A stretch of 64,000 bases of DNA from an uncultured Candidatus Bathyarchaeia archaeon. GTDB taxonomy: Archaea > Thermoproteota > Bathyarchaeia > TCS64. The position numbers were made by a program, and so were the translations under genes. The stretch is taken from NCBI GenBank assembly GCA_964589605.1, contig CAZPRN010000003.1, positions 135,733 through 199,732 on the forward strand, read 5' to 3'. Below the pieces are notes generated by a model that was not told the DNA's origin, made no database searches, and saw only the letters and a program-made list of their open reading frames with translations. This document shows positions 44,729-54,605 of the stretch, piece by piece (positions within the stretch are counted from its first letter, which is position 1; every line of letters begins with the position of its first letter).

Positions 44729-46255
44729 TTACCTCATTATCACTTTTTCAGCTTTTTTTTCTGTGCCTATAGACTCTCCAATATAATCCTCAAACTTGGG
44801 AATATGCACGGGAACAGCAAATTTGGTGAAGGTGCTACTTACAATGGCCTCACCTTTGTCTAAGCTAGCAATTGCCCGATCATCACTTGATAGGTCTTGA
44901 CATGCGCTATCAATAACTGCTTTTCGTTCTGCAGCCATTTCGTTTCCAAGGATTATTTTTGTATTTAGGTTTGCTAGTACTTCTCTTGGTATTAGACTTG
45001 TCAATTGAGTAATTGCTATTATGCCAACTTTGAACTTTCTACCCTCTCTAGCAATTGTATTATAGATGTTGTCACCAGCTACCAGAGATTCTGAGCCAAG
45101 TACTCTTGGTGCTTCTTCGATTACGACTGATACAATTGGCTTATCTTGAAGAGTTCCTTCCGATTTATAATTCTGATATCTCCAAAAAATGTTACCCGCT
45201 ATCATGCTACCGATTAGTAGTTCAGCTTGATCCATTAACCGTGAAGTATCAATGATTACAGTTTTACCAGATTCAAGTGCTCGAACGATATCTGCAATTG
45301 TTGTGGAACCCGCAGTTGCACTAAATACTAGATTTCTGCAAATTAGCTCACCGTCTTTGATGTAAATACCCAGTACACTATTGAATTTTCTCTGAAGAAC
45401 CTGTAAAGTAATCGGTCTTACCGAATCTATCACAGCTCCGCGAACAATATTCTCAATCCATTCATTGCCAAATTCAGAATAGTAAACGGACAACGCATCT
45501 TTTTGTGCAGGAGTGAACTGGATTAGATCGGTCAGATTACCAGGTAAAATTGAGTTAAGATTTATAACAAGTGTATTCCCGCCTTGTGGAGGTGAAGGAG
45601 AATAATATATTACATTCTCTTTTGCCTCTGGGTGGTCTTTTAGACCTATACTATGTCTGCCATAATATTCATCATGGGGGTCTAAAACTAGAATACCAAA
45701 TTTGCTACTTGGGAGTGAGCTCCAAAGCATTACCTTGACAAGGTTGCTCTTTCCTCTCCCTGTTGTTGCTGGAATGAGGACATGATGTCTAAGCATATCT
45801 TCACCGTTAAGATAAACAGGAACTTCGAGAGTCTTTGAGCCGCTACGTACATCTCCTAAATAAATGGGGTCAGATGGTTTAGTTAAAAATGCAAGATCAT
45901 CTTTGCTTATTGTTTGAACAGAGCTAAAGAAAGGTGGGAGTATTTTTGGCATTTTTGGTTTATTATTTTGAATGGTTAAGACGGCTTTAACAGATGCAAT
46001 GATGTAATTTCTTAAAGCGGGGTCCATGAAATCTAAATCCCCGGTAAATCCTTCGAGTTTCATTCCCGATATCATTTCAAGCTGTTTAGATCCAATTTGA
46101 CTCCCAAACTTTAGGTCATAGACCTGTAGAATAGAATAACTAGTTTCATCATGATCAACCCTTAGAAGGTCTCCCATTTCGATACTTGATCCACTTTTCT
46201 GTCTGATTATAATCTGACCATGAGAGCCAGCTATTACGGTTCCAATTACATCCAT
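44729..46255 (-). CDS. herA: HerA-type hexameric helicase/translocase
   Basis: N-terminal barrel ([15 protein letters not shown]), [13 protein letters not shown] Walker [13 protein letters not shown] Walker B and IAITQLTS. Confidence 0.85.
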   Translation of the reverse strand: MDVIGTVIAGSHGQIIIRQKSGSSIEMGDLLRVDHDETSYSILQVYDLKFGSQIGSKQLEMISGMKLEGFTGDLDFMDPALRNYIIASVKAVLTIQNNKPKMPKILPPFFSSVQTISKDDLAFLTKPSDPIYLGDVRSGSKTLEVPVYLNGEDMLRHHVLIPATTGRGKSNLVKVMLWSSLPSSKFGILVLDPHDEYYGRHSIGLKDHPEAKENVIYYSPSPPQGGNTLVINLNSILPGNLTDLIQFTPAQKDALSVYYSEFGNEWIENIVRGAVIDSVRPITLQVLQRKFNSVLGIYIKDGELICRNLVFSATAGSTTIADIVRALESGKTVIIDTSRLMDQAELLIGSMIAGNIFWRYQNYKSEGTLQDKPIVSVVIEEAPRVLGSESLVAGDNIYNTIAREGRKFKVGIIAITQLTSLIPREVLANLNTKIILGNEMAAERKAVIDSACQDLSSDDRAIASLDKGEAIVSSTFTKFAVPVHIPKFEDYIGESIGTEKKAEKVIMR

Positions 46256-46257
46256 TT

Positions 46258-47412
46258 TTAATCACCCATTAATTTGTTTAAGAAATCGTGTGCATCTGTC
46301 GTTTTCAGGCATTTTTTAAGACGATCAAGAACACCTGAACTACTAGCACATGAAAGGAATTGTAGATTTTGGCCCATTTTTTCAGAGCCAGTCACTCTAG
46401 CGAACTTGTCTGCATCTATCAAACCATATGGATAACCTGGAAAAGCAGGGTCACTTGCGTTTTTAGAAAGCGAACAAATATACTTTTCAATTTCAGGATT
46501 ACCCTTTTTCAATGCTTGTTCCTTTAGGAACTCCAAACGGAATACATAGTCTGAACTTGGATGAAGTCTTACTGCGTACATTTCAGCACGATGATCTGGT
46601 TGTTCTATGTTTACTATAGGATGATAATACCATGCATCTTTTTCAAGACCAGTCTCCGTGACTAATTCTGCGATTGCAGCAAGAAGCGGATATCCAGTTG
46701 TAGTAAACAACGTTGATGTTTTTGATAACCCAACAAGTAATACGTCTTTTTCCATGGCCTTAGCCATTACTTCATTTGAATAGATTCTTTCATTAGTAAC
46801 GGTTGTCTGAAGAGTGCCATCACGGATTACTGCATCTCCTTCATCCATTTCATAATCTATCATCAAACCAGCTACCTTCCATTCAGCAAACTTTCTTGAT
46901 GTCTCAGCAATTCTACCAATAGGAATTCTAAAAGACCCGCTCATCAGGGTTGGGTCAAATGAGTAGAATTTTAAATCTTTTACATCGGGTAGATAACCGG
47001 CCCATTCCGGTTTTATTGGCACTAATTCAGTCTCATAAAATATTTGACCATTTTCTGCTGTTGCATAGCATATCGTGTAAAATTCAATTCTTTGTGGAAG
47101 ATGACGGGGGTTCAACCTAACACCATCTCTAAAAATGTTAAAGAAGACTCTTGTAAGATGAACAGAGATATTTGATGATTCGTAAATAGGGGCATTTCCA
47201 CCATCCACATAGCCAAATTTGTTTCTAGATTCCATCTTTTTGATTAATTGAAAATGATCCTTTGAGAACTCATGCGGAGTATACCTATCGTCAGCGAAAC
47301 TCGGTTGACCAATTGGCATCTGAGTTATTTTTTCACTTAATCTGTCAATGACTCTTTGGATAGGTAGCATCCTAGGAACCTCCATCTCTATTTCTTTTTT
47401 AACTTTCAACAT
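46258..47412 (-). CDS. nurA: NurA-type 5'-3' nuclease
   Basis: GYVDGGN, VIRDGTL and LVGLSKTS motifs typical of NurA. 2-nt gap to herA. Confidence 0.7.
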   Translation of the reverse strand: MLKVKKEIEMEVPRMLPIQRVIDRLSEKITQMPIGQPSFADDRYTPHEFSKDHFQLIKKMESRNKFGYVDGGNAPIYESSNISVHLTRVFFNIFRDGVRLNPRHLPQRIEFYTICYATAENGQIFYETELVPIKPEWAGYLPDVKDLKFYSFDPTLMSGSFRIPIGRIAETSRKFAEWKVAGLMIDYEMDEGDAVIRDGTLQTTVTNERIYSNEVMAKAMEKDVLLVGLSKTSTLFTTTGYPLLAAIAELVTETGLEKDAWYYHPIVNIEQPDHRAEMYAVRLHPSSDYVFRLEFLKEQALKKGNPEIEKYICSLSKNASDPAFPGYPYGLIDADKFARVTGSEKMGQNLQFLSCASSSGVLDRLKKCLKTTDAHDFLNKLMGD

Positions 47413-47642
47413 TCAAAAACTTATCCGATGACTGGAACATTACCTTTAGTGCCATTACTCCTGCTGTAAGATTCTCTACCAAATTCTGAGATACAACTAG
47501 ATGTAACGATAATTTATGTTTTGGTATATCAGAGTCTAATGGTTGAATATGTTAATTTAATAGTATCAGATACTTCCAGACATATTCCTTTTAGACTATA
47601 AACTTACAAATTATTATCATAGCTTTTGATGGGTGAGTAAAA

Positions 47643-49190
47643 GTGGCGTTGAAAAATATATCGAGTAAATCTCAGCTTACACCAATTGGGAAATTGGACC
47701 AATGCCCGCACTGTGATACTAATTTAGATAAAATTCCAAAACGTAAGAAAAAATGCCCTCATTGTGGAGATTATATTTTTGTCAGGACAAGACCTCTTGA
47801 TAGAAAAAAAGTGCTAGTTACAGAAAAACAGAAAAGCGATGTAGAACGGGAATGGAACAGGTATTACGAAGAAAAGGAATATTCTCAATTATTACAAGAC
47901 GAGGAATATCAAAAAGAGAAAAAAAGCCTTTTTTCAGAATTGGGAAGAGACCCTACGCTAGCTGAATTGAAAACTAGTGTTCTGGAAAATCAAATGTTAG
48001 AATACACCTCAAAAAGACAATGGGGATTGTATAGAAATTGTATTTTAGAGATTTCTGAGACTTTAAAAAAGGAAGGAAAACTAGAAGAAGCGCTAAATTC
48101 ATTCTTTCAGGTCTGTTATCTTGATGTTAATGGCGCTAACAATGTAATGACAACAAACGGAAAAGCAATGTCATATACAAAGTCTGAAAAAATGGGAATC
48201 TTGGATTTTGATACAAAGTTTGCTTTCTTTGCACCTGCGATTATAACTTACATTAGAAATTTGATTTCTGAAATAAATCTGTCTGAGGATGAGGCTAGAA
48301 CATTATTTATCAAAACGAATGAAAAGTCAAAACCTATTGAAAAAATGCCTGTAAGTCCTGATGATGCATGGGTTCAATTAAAATCAAAAATTGAGGACGA
48401 TAAAAAAATTGACGCTTTTGACGTTTCAAACCAGACTCAAGTAATCAAGGAAATTGATACATTAATTAAACAAAATAAAATGAATGATCTAAAAAAACTA
48501 TTACTGAAAGTTAGATCCCTTTACAAATCAAAAAAATACAAGATTGAAAATGTTGACGAGGTAAAATCATTCATCATTAATTTAATGGATTCAAAAAACA
48601 GAAACATATCCCATCAGGGAGAAACCCTAATGTTAACAGTGCTTAAGAAAGATGAAATAAAATTCAAAAGCTTAGCGAGTCATTATGTAACGAAATTCAA
48701 AAATGACTTTTCCGAACAAATCGAATCACACACAATTGGCCAATTAGGAGCCATAAATGTTGAATTAATTAAACCACTAATACCACTCTTAAAAGAAACC
48801 ATTAGAAATTCTAAAGAATGGAATACAAGACGATTTGCCGCGTTTAACCTAGGTCGAATTGCAGAAAAACAACCTGATCTAGTAGGCGATATAATTCCCG
48901 TGATGATTGACTACATAAAGAATCCATTTGAAGTAACTATCCGGGATCCAGTAAAGATCGAGACATCAATTGGAACAATAAGTTGGGATATGTCGGTTGA
49001 AAAAATGATGGGGGTAGACCAAAAACAATGGTTGAAAGATGCATACATAGACACTCTTGGAATGTTTGCGAAGGGGGATAAACAATTGATATTTTCATAT
49101 CGCTCTTTGATTGAGATAATTGCCAAAAGTGATAAAAGTGAATATTCTCGAAAAAAAGCACAAAAAGTACTTGATCTCTTAGATAAATAA
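47643..49190 (+). CDS. Zinc-ribbon + alpha-helical (HEAT-like) repeat protein, unknown function
   Basis: CPHCDT..(x12)..CPHCGDY at the N-terminus. The C-terminus EWNTRRFAAFNLGRIAEKQPDLVGDIIPVMIDYIKNP is HEAT-like. Confidence 0.6.
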   Translation: MALKNISSKSQLTPIGKLDQCPHCDTNLDKIPKRKKKCPHCGDYIFVRTRPLDRKKVLVTEKQKSDVEREWNRYYEEKEYSQLLQDEEYQKEKKSLFSELGRDPTLAELKTSVLENQMLEYTSKRQWGLYRNCILEISETLKKEGKLEEALNSFFQVCYLDVNGANNVMTTNGKAMSYTKSEKMGILDFDTKFAFFAPAIITYIRNLISEINLSEDEARTLFIKTNEKSKPIEKMPVSPDDAWVQLKSKIEDDKKIDAFDVSNQTQVIKEIDTLIKQNKMNDLKKLLLKVRSLYKSKKYKIENVDEVKSFIINLMDSKNRNISHQGETLMLTVLKKDEIKFKSLASHYVTKFKNDFSEQIESHTIGQLGAINVELIKPLIPLLKETIRNSKEWNTRRFAAFNLGRIAEKQPDLVGDIIPVMIDYIKNPFEVTIRDPVKIETSIGTISWDMSVEKMMGVDQKQWLKDAYIDTLGMFAKGDKQLIFSYRSLIEIIAKSDKSEYSRKKAQKVLDLLDK

Positions 49191-49249
49191 TAAGTTGTTA
49201 TCGCAAACATGTTAATTTTGAACTTGAGAGTCTAAACGAGAGTATAGAC

Positions 49250-49266
49250 CTACCCCCCGCTACCAT
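49250..49266 (+). repeat. attR-like direct repeat
   Basis: CTACCCCCCGCTACCAT, identical to the tRNA-iMet 3' end at 34447-34463. Confidence 0.85.
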
Positions 49267-49704
49267 TTCTATAAAAACAAGCGAGGGTTCAATTTCGATC
49301 CCCAGTATATCGATAGCTTAATTGAGTTATTAACACCGTCTTTTTGAAATTAATTTGAACAGCGGTCTGTACAATAGAAGTTGCCATAGATTTCATGAGA
49401 GCAGTGTCCATTTTGTCCAGCATGTCCAGTATTGGTATTCTATATACAAATTTACTTATTTTCATATTGGGTATATGGACCCTGGACATCTGGGACATAA
49501 AGGACACTCCTTGGTTTCTAACTCCATTTGTTAACAAGTCACTGGTTTTGATACTCAAATCTCATTCTACGTCTATTATACTTCTTCTTATGATTCACAT
49601 CTGATGTTCCAAATCGCGCTCGCGTTGTCAGATATTTAGTTCTATGGAATTAGGACATACAGACTTATGTTGACCTTTACGTGACCTTTAATCGTGGATA
49701 AAAG

Positions 49705-50289
49705 ATGAAAATCTCCTTGAAGGGTATCATACTCTTCCTCATCCTCACAGGATTTATACTACGAATAATGAGTTTAGCCTGGACCTCCCCTTTCCACCTA
49801 ATACGAGAATATGAGACACCATTCATCATTCAAGGTTTCATCATCGTGCTGATTCTCCTAGGATCTATACTCCTCGTTCGTCTCCTTCCTAGGGAATTTT
49901 TTGAGAAAACACGGAAAAAATACTCTATTACCCGTATTTTCACAGTTGGAGAGAAGACACTCGCAGTTATCTGGGTATTTACATTGGTATTATCACTATT
50001 CTCACCCATGATTGCTGGAATCTACAGATTTCTCATCATAGTTTTCCTCGCGATGGTAGGAGTTCCCTTCATGTGGTACGTCCTACGAGAGGAGAAAAGT
50101 GGGGACCAAGGTGAAATCGGTATTTACCCAGATACTGTTACGCGGATTCACCCGGACGACTTGGACGACTACTACAGGTATCAATCAGTTTTCACACCGG
50201 ATTATGATGATTACCTAATGAGACTCAAAGAAAAACATGACAAAAGAAAAAAACAACTATCGAAAGAAGACGACGAAAACGAACTATAA
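49705..50289 (+). CDS. Membrane protein (4-5 TM helices) with acidic/basic C-terminal tail
   Basis: Hydrophobic helices, then DDLDDYYRY..KEKHDKRKKQLSKEDDENEL. It lies in still-AT-rich DNA beyond attR. Confidence 0.5.
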   Translation: MKISLKGIILFLILTGFILRIMSLAWTSPFHLIREYETPFIIQGFIIVLILLGSILLVRLLPREFFEKTRKKYSITRIFTVGEKTLAVIWVFTLVLSLFSPMIAGIYRFLIIVFLAMVGVPFMWYVLREEKSGDQGEIGIYPDTVTRIHPDDLDDYYRYQSVFTPDYDDYLMRLKEKHDKRKKQLSKEDDENEL

Positions 50290-50600
50290 CGTTCAATATC
50301 ACATCATTTAGGGATCTCCATGAAGCAGGAGCGTATAGTCGGCAATACTATATGGAGTAGAAGGAGGGAATCATCGCTAATATGCAGATTATCGGTTCCA
50401 ACGAAATGATTGAACAGCACTAATTAGTGTCAGAGAACAACAAAACCAAATCATAGCTGCTACCGTGCAGTTTCTCGAGTCGATTGGGTGACATAATTCT
50501 TCCAAAAAATGTATTTAGGTATTCATAAGTATTGGACCAGGTCTGCCTTTAATTTAATATTAACCCCCCATTGAACACCATCCACCCAAGTTTACTCTAC

Positions 50601-52151
50601 CTATCCGTGTTTCAGGTTCTTCAAACTCAATGCGGATGGCGCTAAGGCAATACCTCCAAGGGCTGTACATCTGAGCTCTCTAGGAAGCATTTTTCCCACT
50701 GACATTACTGCATCGATAGTCTCGTCTAGAGGAATAGGGTTAATGTACCCCCCCATAACAAGATCAGCGCAGACGAAAGCTGACGAAGCCGCAAGAGCAT
50801 TCCTAGTATGACAAGGAATCTCCACCATGCCTTGGACAAGGTCACACACAGACCCCATTGTATTTTGGAAGGCAATAGCCGCTGCATTACTAGCTTCCTC
50901 TGCTGTTCCTCCGGCCGCCTCTACAACCGCTGCTGCACCCATTGCGCCGGCCGCTCCTATCTCAACCTGACACCCAGCAACTTCAGCTGCAAAAGTACCC
51001 TTAGTAGATAGAATCAAGCCAATTGCAGAGGCAGCGAACATTGCATGAGCTATCCTCTCCTTACCAAGTCCTTTCTCCTCCACAAGTGTGGTGAATACAC
51101 CTGGGAGTGTACCAGCAGCCCCACCTGTTGGGGCAGCACAGACCACACCCATGCTACTATTGACATGCATGACAGCCAAAGCTCTAGTCGCGGCTCTGGT
51201 ATGCAGTCCGCCAGTGAACAATCTACCATTTTTTTCACTTTCCATTATCTCACCTGCTGTTGGAGTAAGTAGCTGCATGCCTTCCTGTAGCTTCAATCCA
51301 TTCTCGACCCCGGATTTCATCAATAAATACCTCTTGTACATCTCGTCAATGGCTTGTTGCCTCGATATACCAAGCAAGGTGGATTCGTAAATTAGTGATA
51401 CCTCGCCTAAAGATTTAGTGTGCCTTGATGCATATGCCACCATTTCCTCGGAACTCGTGAATAATGCCTTGCCAATGAGAGAATGGAAGAAAGGAGTGAT
51501 AATCCAAACTCGTGACACTCCATCAGTCTCTCTAAGCTTATTTTGAATATCAATGCTAGAGGATTCGCTACTTTTCTGGACTATTAAGGAAATTTCCCCC
51601 TTGGTGACATCAGTTAATGAGATTATTCCCTTGACTCTGCTTAGCTCTTGTTTAATGATGTTGATTTTACTCGTTTCAGCCTCCACAAGAATCTCATGGG
51701 AGTCGCCAGTGATGTGGACGGGCCAACTGTTAAACTCGTCAACCTGTACAGCTCCACCACCAATAGATTTTGCAAAAAGGTCTATCGTAGAACCGTGTTT
51801 TGAAGAGCCAGTAATGTGGATGGTGTTGGGATGGACCTCACGTTCGAACTCTTCTATTTTGAACTGGATATCTACACCATTGTTGGCTGCGAAATCTAGA
51901 GCATTTTCGAACCCGCTGGTGATAATCTCATTACCCATTATGCCCGTGGCGAACCCTAAGTCACTACCTTGCTGTTGATACACTTCTGCATAGGACCCTT
52001 TTTTAACAAAACCGATAACTACGTGCTCTGGATGCCCGTTCAATAAGTCTCGAATTATTTTCCCAAGATGAAACGAAGCAGCTGTATGTGAACTTGATGG
52101 TCCCCTCATGATAGGCCCAAGAACCTCATTGAAGATACTCACCTTCTTCAT
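50601..52151 (-). CDS. sdaA: Iron-sulfur L-serine ammonia-lyase (serine dehydratase, fused chain)
   Basis: IFNEVLGPIMRGPSSSHTAAS near the N-terminus and a Gly/Ala-rich C-terminal alpha domain with conserved Cys. The internal MKKVS start avoids overlap with the upstream gene. Confidence 0.75.
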   Translation of the reverse strand: MKKVSIFNEVLGPIMRGPSSSHTAASFHLGKIIRDLLNGHPEHVVIGFVKKGSYAEVYQQQGSDLGFATGIMGNEIITSGFENALDFAANNGVDIQFKIEEFEREVHPNTIHITGSSKHGSTIDLFAKSIGGGAVQVDEFNSWPVHITGDSHEILVEAETSKINIIKQELSRVKGIISLTDVTKGEISLIVQKSSESSSIDIQNKLRETDGVSRVWIITPFFHSLIGKALFTSSEEMVAYASRHTKSLGEVSLIYESTLLGISRQQAIDEMYKRYLLMKSGVENGLKLQEGMQLLTPTAGEIMESEKNGRLFTGGLHTRAATRALAVMHVNSSMGVVCAAPTGGAAGTLPGVFTTLVEEKGLGKERIAHAMFAASAIGLILSTKGTFAAEVAGCQVEIGAAGAMGAAAVVEAAGGTAEEASNAAAIAFQNTMGSVCDLVQGMVEIPCHTRNALAASSAFVCADLVMGGYINPIPLDETIDAVMSVGKMLPRELRCTALGGIALAPSALSLKNLKHG

Positions 52152-52216
52152 TGTCCAAACCCTACTGTATTTTGGAGGGATTATATATTTCAAGTAGTGG
52201 GGGCCATCTGAATGAG

Positions 52217-53182
52217 CTAATGAGTCCTCCACACTTTATCTGTCCCAGCCAATTCCTCCTCAATTATTTTCTCTAAATCACCAGTACCATAGATCTGAAC
52301 AAGCTCCTCCTCACTGAGTGCCTCAATCTCCATTTTTCTCCACTTGTTGATACCCACAAGATCATTGAACTCAGCCCAAGAGACACCCATCTCAGATATC
52401 GTCCGTATATTTCTCCCATGTCTAAGCTCATCAAGTGCATCAACCATTGCCTTTGCTGCCGGGTACAAACAGATCATCGGGACAGAAACATATCTAACAC
52501 CTCGATTCTCTAACTCCTCGAAAGTAAACGGAGGAGTCTTACCACCAGGAATAACATTGAACGCCAACGGTGCCGGAACCTGATCCACAAGCTTCCCTAC
52601 TTCATCCAGACTCTGAGGAGCCTCTACATATACATAATCAGCACCAGCCTCAGCATAGGAAACAGCCCGATCCAACGCTTCATCAAATCCAAGAACCGAC
52701 CTCGCATCGGTACGAGCCCCAATCGCCATATCAGGAGCCTCAGCATCCCTCGTCTTCACCGCAGTCTTGACTTTCTGCAACATCTCAGAAACAGGAATCA
52801 CCTGTTTCCCAGCAAGATGACCACAACGCTTCGGCCAAACTTGGTCCTCAAACCTTATGCTCGCTGCCCCAACCCGGGCAAAGTTTAACGTTGTCCAGTG
52901 AGCATTTAGCGCGTTCCCATACCCTGTATCCACATCAACATCAACGGGTAAATCAACCGCGTTAACAATAGTTCGCGTGCGTTCAACCATCTCATGGTAG
53001 CCTATAAGACCCATATCAGGCTGTCCAATGAGTGACGAAGAAATACCATACCCAGTTGTTCCAACAATATCAAACCCAGCCCTCTGGATTAAGAGGGCGG
53101 ATAACGCGTCATAGGCGCATGGGCGGAGGTGAAGCCCCTTGCTGTTGATAATCTCCTTGAACCGCTTGCCTTTAGATGCCAT
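52217..53182 (-). CDS. Isocitrate lyase/PEP mutase-family enzyme (methylisocitrate lyase / carboxy-PEP mutase-like)
   Basis: AYDALSA..AGF..TG, DVDTGYG and IRFEDQVWPKRCGHLAGK motifs. The MASKGK start was chosen to leave a divergent promoter region. Confidence 0.75.
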   Translation of the reverse strand: MASKGKRFKEIINSKGLHLRPCAYDALSALLIQRAGFDIVGTTGYGISSSLIGQPDMGLIGYHEMVERTRTIVNAVDLPVDVDVDTGYGNALNAHWTTLNFARVGAASIRFEDQVWPKRCGHLAGKQVIPVSEMLQKVKTAVKTRDAEAPDMAIGARTDARSVLGFDEALDRAVSYAEAGADYVYVEAPQSLDEVGKLVDQVPAPLAFNVIPGGKTPPFTFEELENRGVRYVSVPMICLYPAAKAMVDALDELRHGRNIRTISEMGVSWAEFNDLVGINKWRKMEIEALSEEELVQIYGTGDLEKIIEEELAGTDKVWRTH

Positions 53183-53260
53183 GAGTAGAACTCTAGTCAA
53201 CGGTATTAGTAAATTGGCTCCCGGGTAGCTGTTTAATACCTCACTGAACGAGTTTAGCAT

Positions 53261-54598
53261 ATGTTAAACGCTGTCGAGAAACAGGTCTTCGATTACATAG
53301 AGTCCAACCGGGACCCAATGATAAGTTTCCTACGAGAAATGGTGAGCATCGACACCCAGACTCCACCAGGCCTCAATTATGACGTGATCTGTGAACTTAT
53401 CGCTGACAAGTACAGCTCCCTCGGATACACCACCAGCATCCACGAGGCTACCGAGAAGTACCTCAACCTCTCCGGGAAGACCCACATGGGACTGGAAGGA
53501 CCAAGGAGCAACTTGGTAGCACGGCTGGATGGCTCAGGGAACGCCCCCACTATGCACATTAGCGCCCACACAGACACAGCAGCCATCCAAGAGGAGGGAT
53601 GGACCGTTGACCCGCTGGGTGGAAAGTTGACCGATACCACCCCTTACACTAAATCGATCCACGACAAGGGTGGAGGCTACATCTGGGGCAGAGGAGTCGC
53701 AGACGATAAGGGAGAGCTCGCGGCACTCACCCTCGCCGTGGAGGCGCTAAAGAAGCACGACTTGAAACTCGGAGGAGACTTGATTATAACGGCTAACTGC
53801 GATGAGGAGATAGGCGGAGTAGCTGGTCTCGGGTATCTCATAAAGGAGGGAATAGTTAAGGCGGACATCGGTGTGCAGCTGGACGGCGGCTTGGAGGGAA
53901 TTGGGCTAGCTGCGATGGGCAGGACAAGGTTTCAGTTAACAACCCATGGGGAGAGTTACCACGGGCAGGTGCCTATCCTCGGCATAAACGCCATCGAGAA
54001 GATGAGTAAACTCAACGTCGCGTTAACAGACTACTGGAACAACACGCTACTCAAACGAAAGGTACCCGTCCCCGGGATTGACTTGGGGGACGCTCTCAGG
54101 GAGAGGGGCGTCGAGGACCTGACGGCTATGATGAACATAGGTACAATCAAGGGGGGAGTCCAAGGTGCAACGGTGCCCGACCACTGCGTAGAGGAGGTGC
54201 TGCGGGGTATGGTGCCCGGCGAGACCTTCCAGCAGACCTACGACGAATTCAAAGGAGTGTTGGACGCCGAGAAAGCCAAGGACCCCAAGCTTGAGTACTC
54301 GCTTGACGTGATCAACTATCGTGAAGGATACGTGGTACCAGCCACCGACCCGTACGCATTGGACTGTCAGAGTATCATCAACGAGGCTGTTGGGGTAGAA
54401 CTACCATTCACAGGTACCCTCGCCAGCACGGATATGAACTATCAGGTTGTGGATGGAGGCATGAAGTGCATCGCCTTCGGAGTCGGAGGAAGGTACCACC
54501 GCGGACACAAGCAGGACGAGAACGCATCCATCGATGAGATAATTCAGTGCAGCAAGGCAGTCGCCCTAATAATATTGAGGAAACTAGGCTTTGCCTAG
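53261..54598 (+). CDS. M20-family metallopeptidase/deacylase (ArgE/DapE-like)
   Basis: ISAHTDT, GRGVADDKG and CDEEIGG metal-ligand motifs. Confidence 0.8.
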   Translation: MLNAVEKQVFDYIESNRDPMISFLREMVSIDTQTPPGLNYDVICELIADKYSSLGYTTSIHEATEKYLNLSGKTHMGLEGPRSNLVARLDGSGNAPTMHISAHTDTAAIQEEGWTVDPLGGKLTDTTPYTKSIHDKGGGYIWGRGVADDKGELAALTLAVEALKKHDLKLGGDLIITANCDEEIGGVAGLGYLIKEGIVKADIGVQLDGGLEGIGLAAMGRTRFQLTTHGESYHGQVPILGINAIEKMSKLNVALTDYWNNTLLKRKVPVPGIDLGDALRERGVEDLTAMMNIGTIKGGVQGATVPDHCVEEVLRGMVPGETFQQTYDEFKGVLDAEKAKDPKLEYSLDVINYREGYVVPATDPYALDCQSIINEAVGVELPFTGTLASTDMNYQVVDGGMKCIAFGVGGRYHRGHKQDENASIDEIIQCSKAVALIILRKLGFA

Positions 54599-54605
54599 CC
54601 CCTTT

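Larger units (their letters stand above)
34447..49266. mobile_element. Integrated plasmid/provirus-like element in the 3' end of tRNA-iMet (about 14.8 kb, AT-rich), bounded by 17-nt direct repeats
   Basis: Perfect repeat CTACCCCCCGCTACCAT at 34447-34463 and 49250-49266. GC drops sharply between the repeats. The segment contains an integrase and an Orc1/Cdc6 gene. Confidence 0.8.

Noticed and set aside
49289-49604. ORFs of 89 aa (minus strand) and 69 aa (plus strand) just beyond attR
   Set aside because: They are mutually overlapping, AT-rich-driven reading frames with no motifs or start context, and are treated as non-coding remnant DNA.
53183-53260. Longest-ORF start (53260) for the PEP-mutase-family gene, abutting the divergent M20 gene with zero spacing
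   Set aside because: It would leave no promoter space for either divergent gene, and the first 26 residues lack family conservation. The internal Met (MASKGK, 53182) is preferred.
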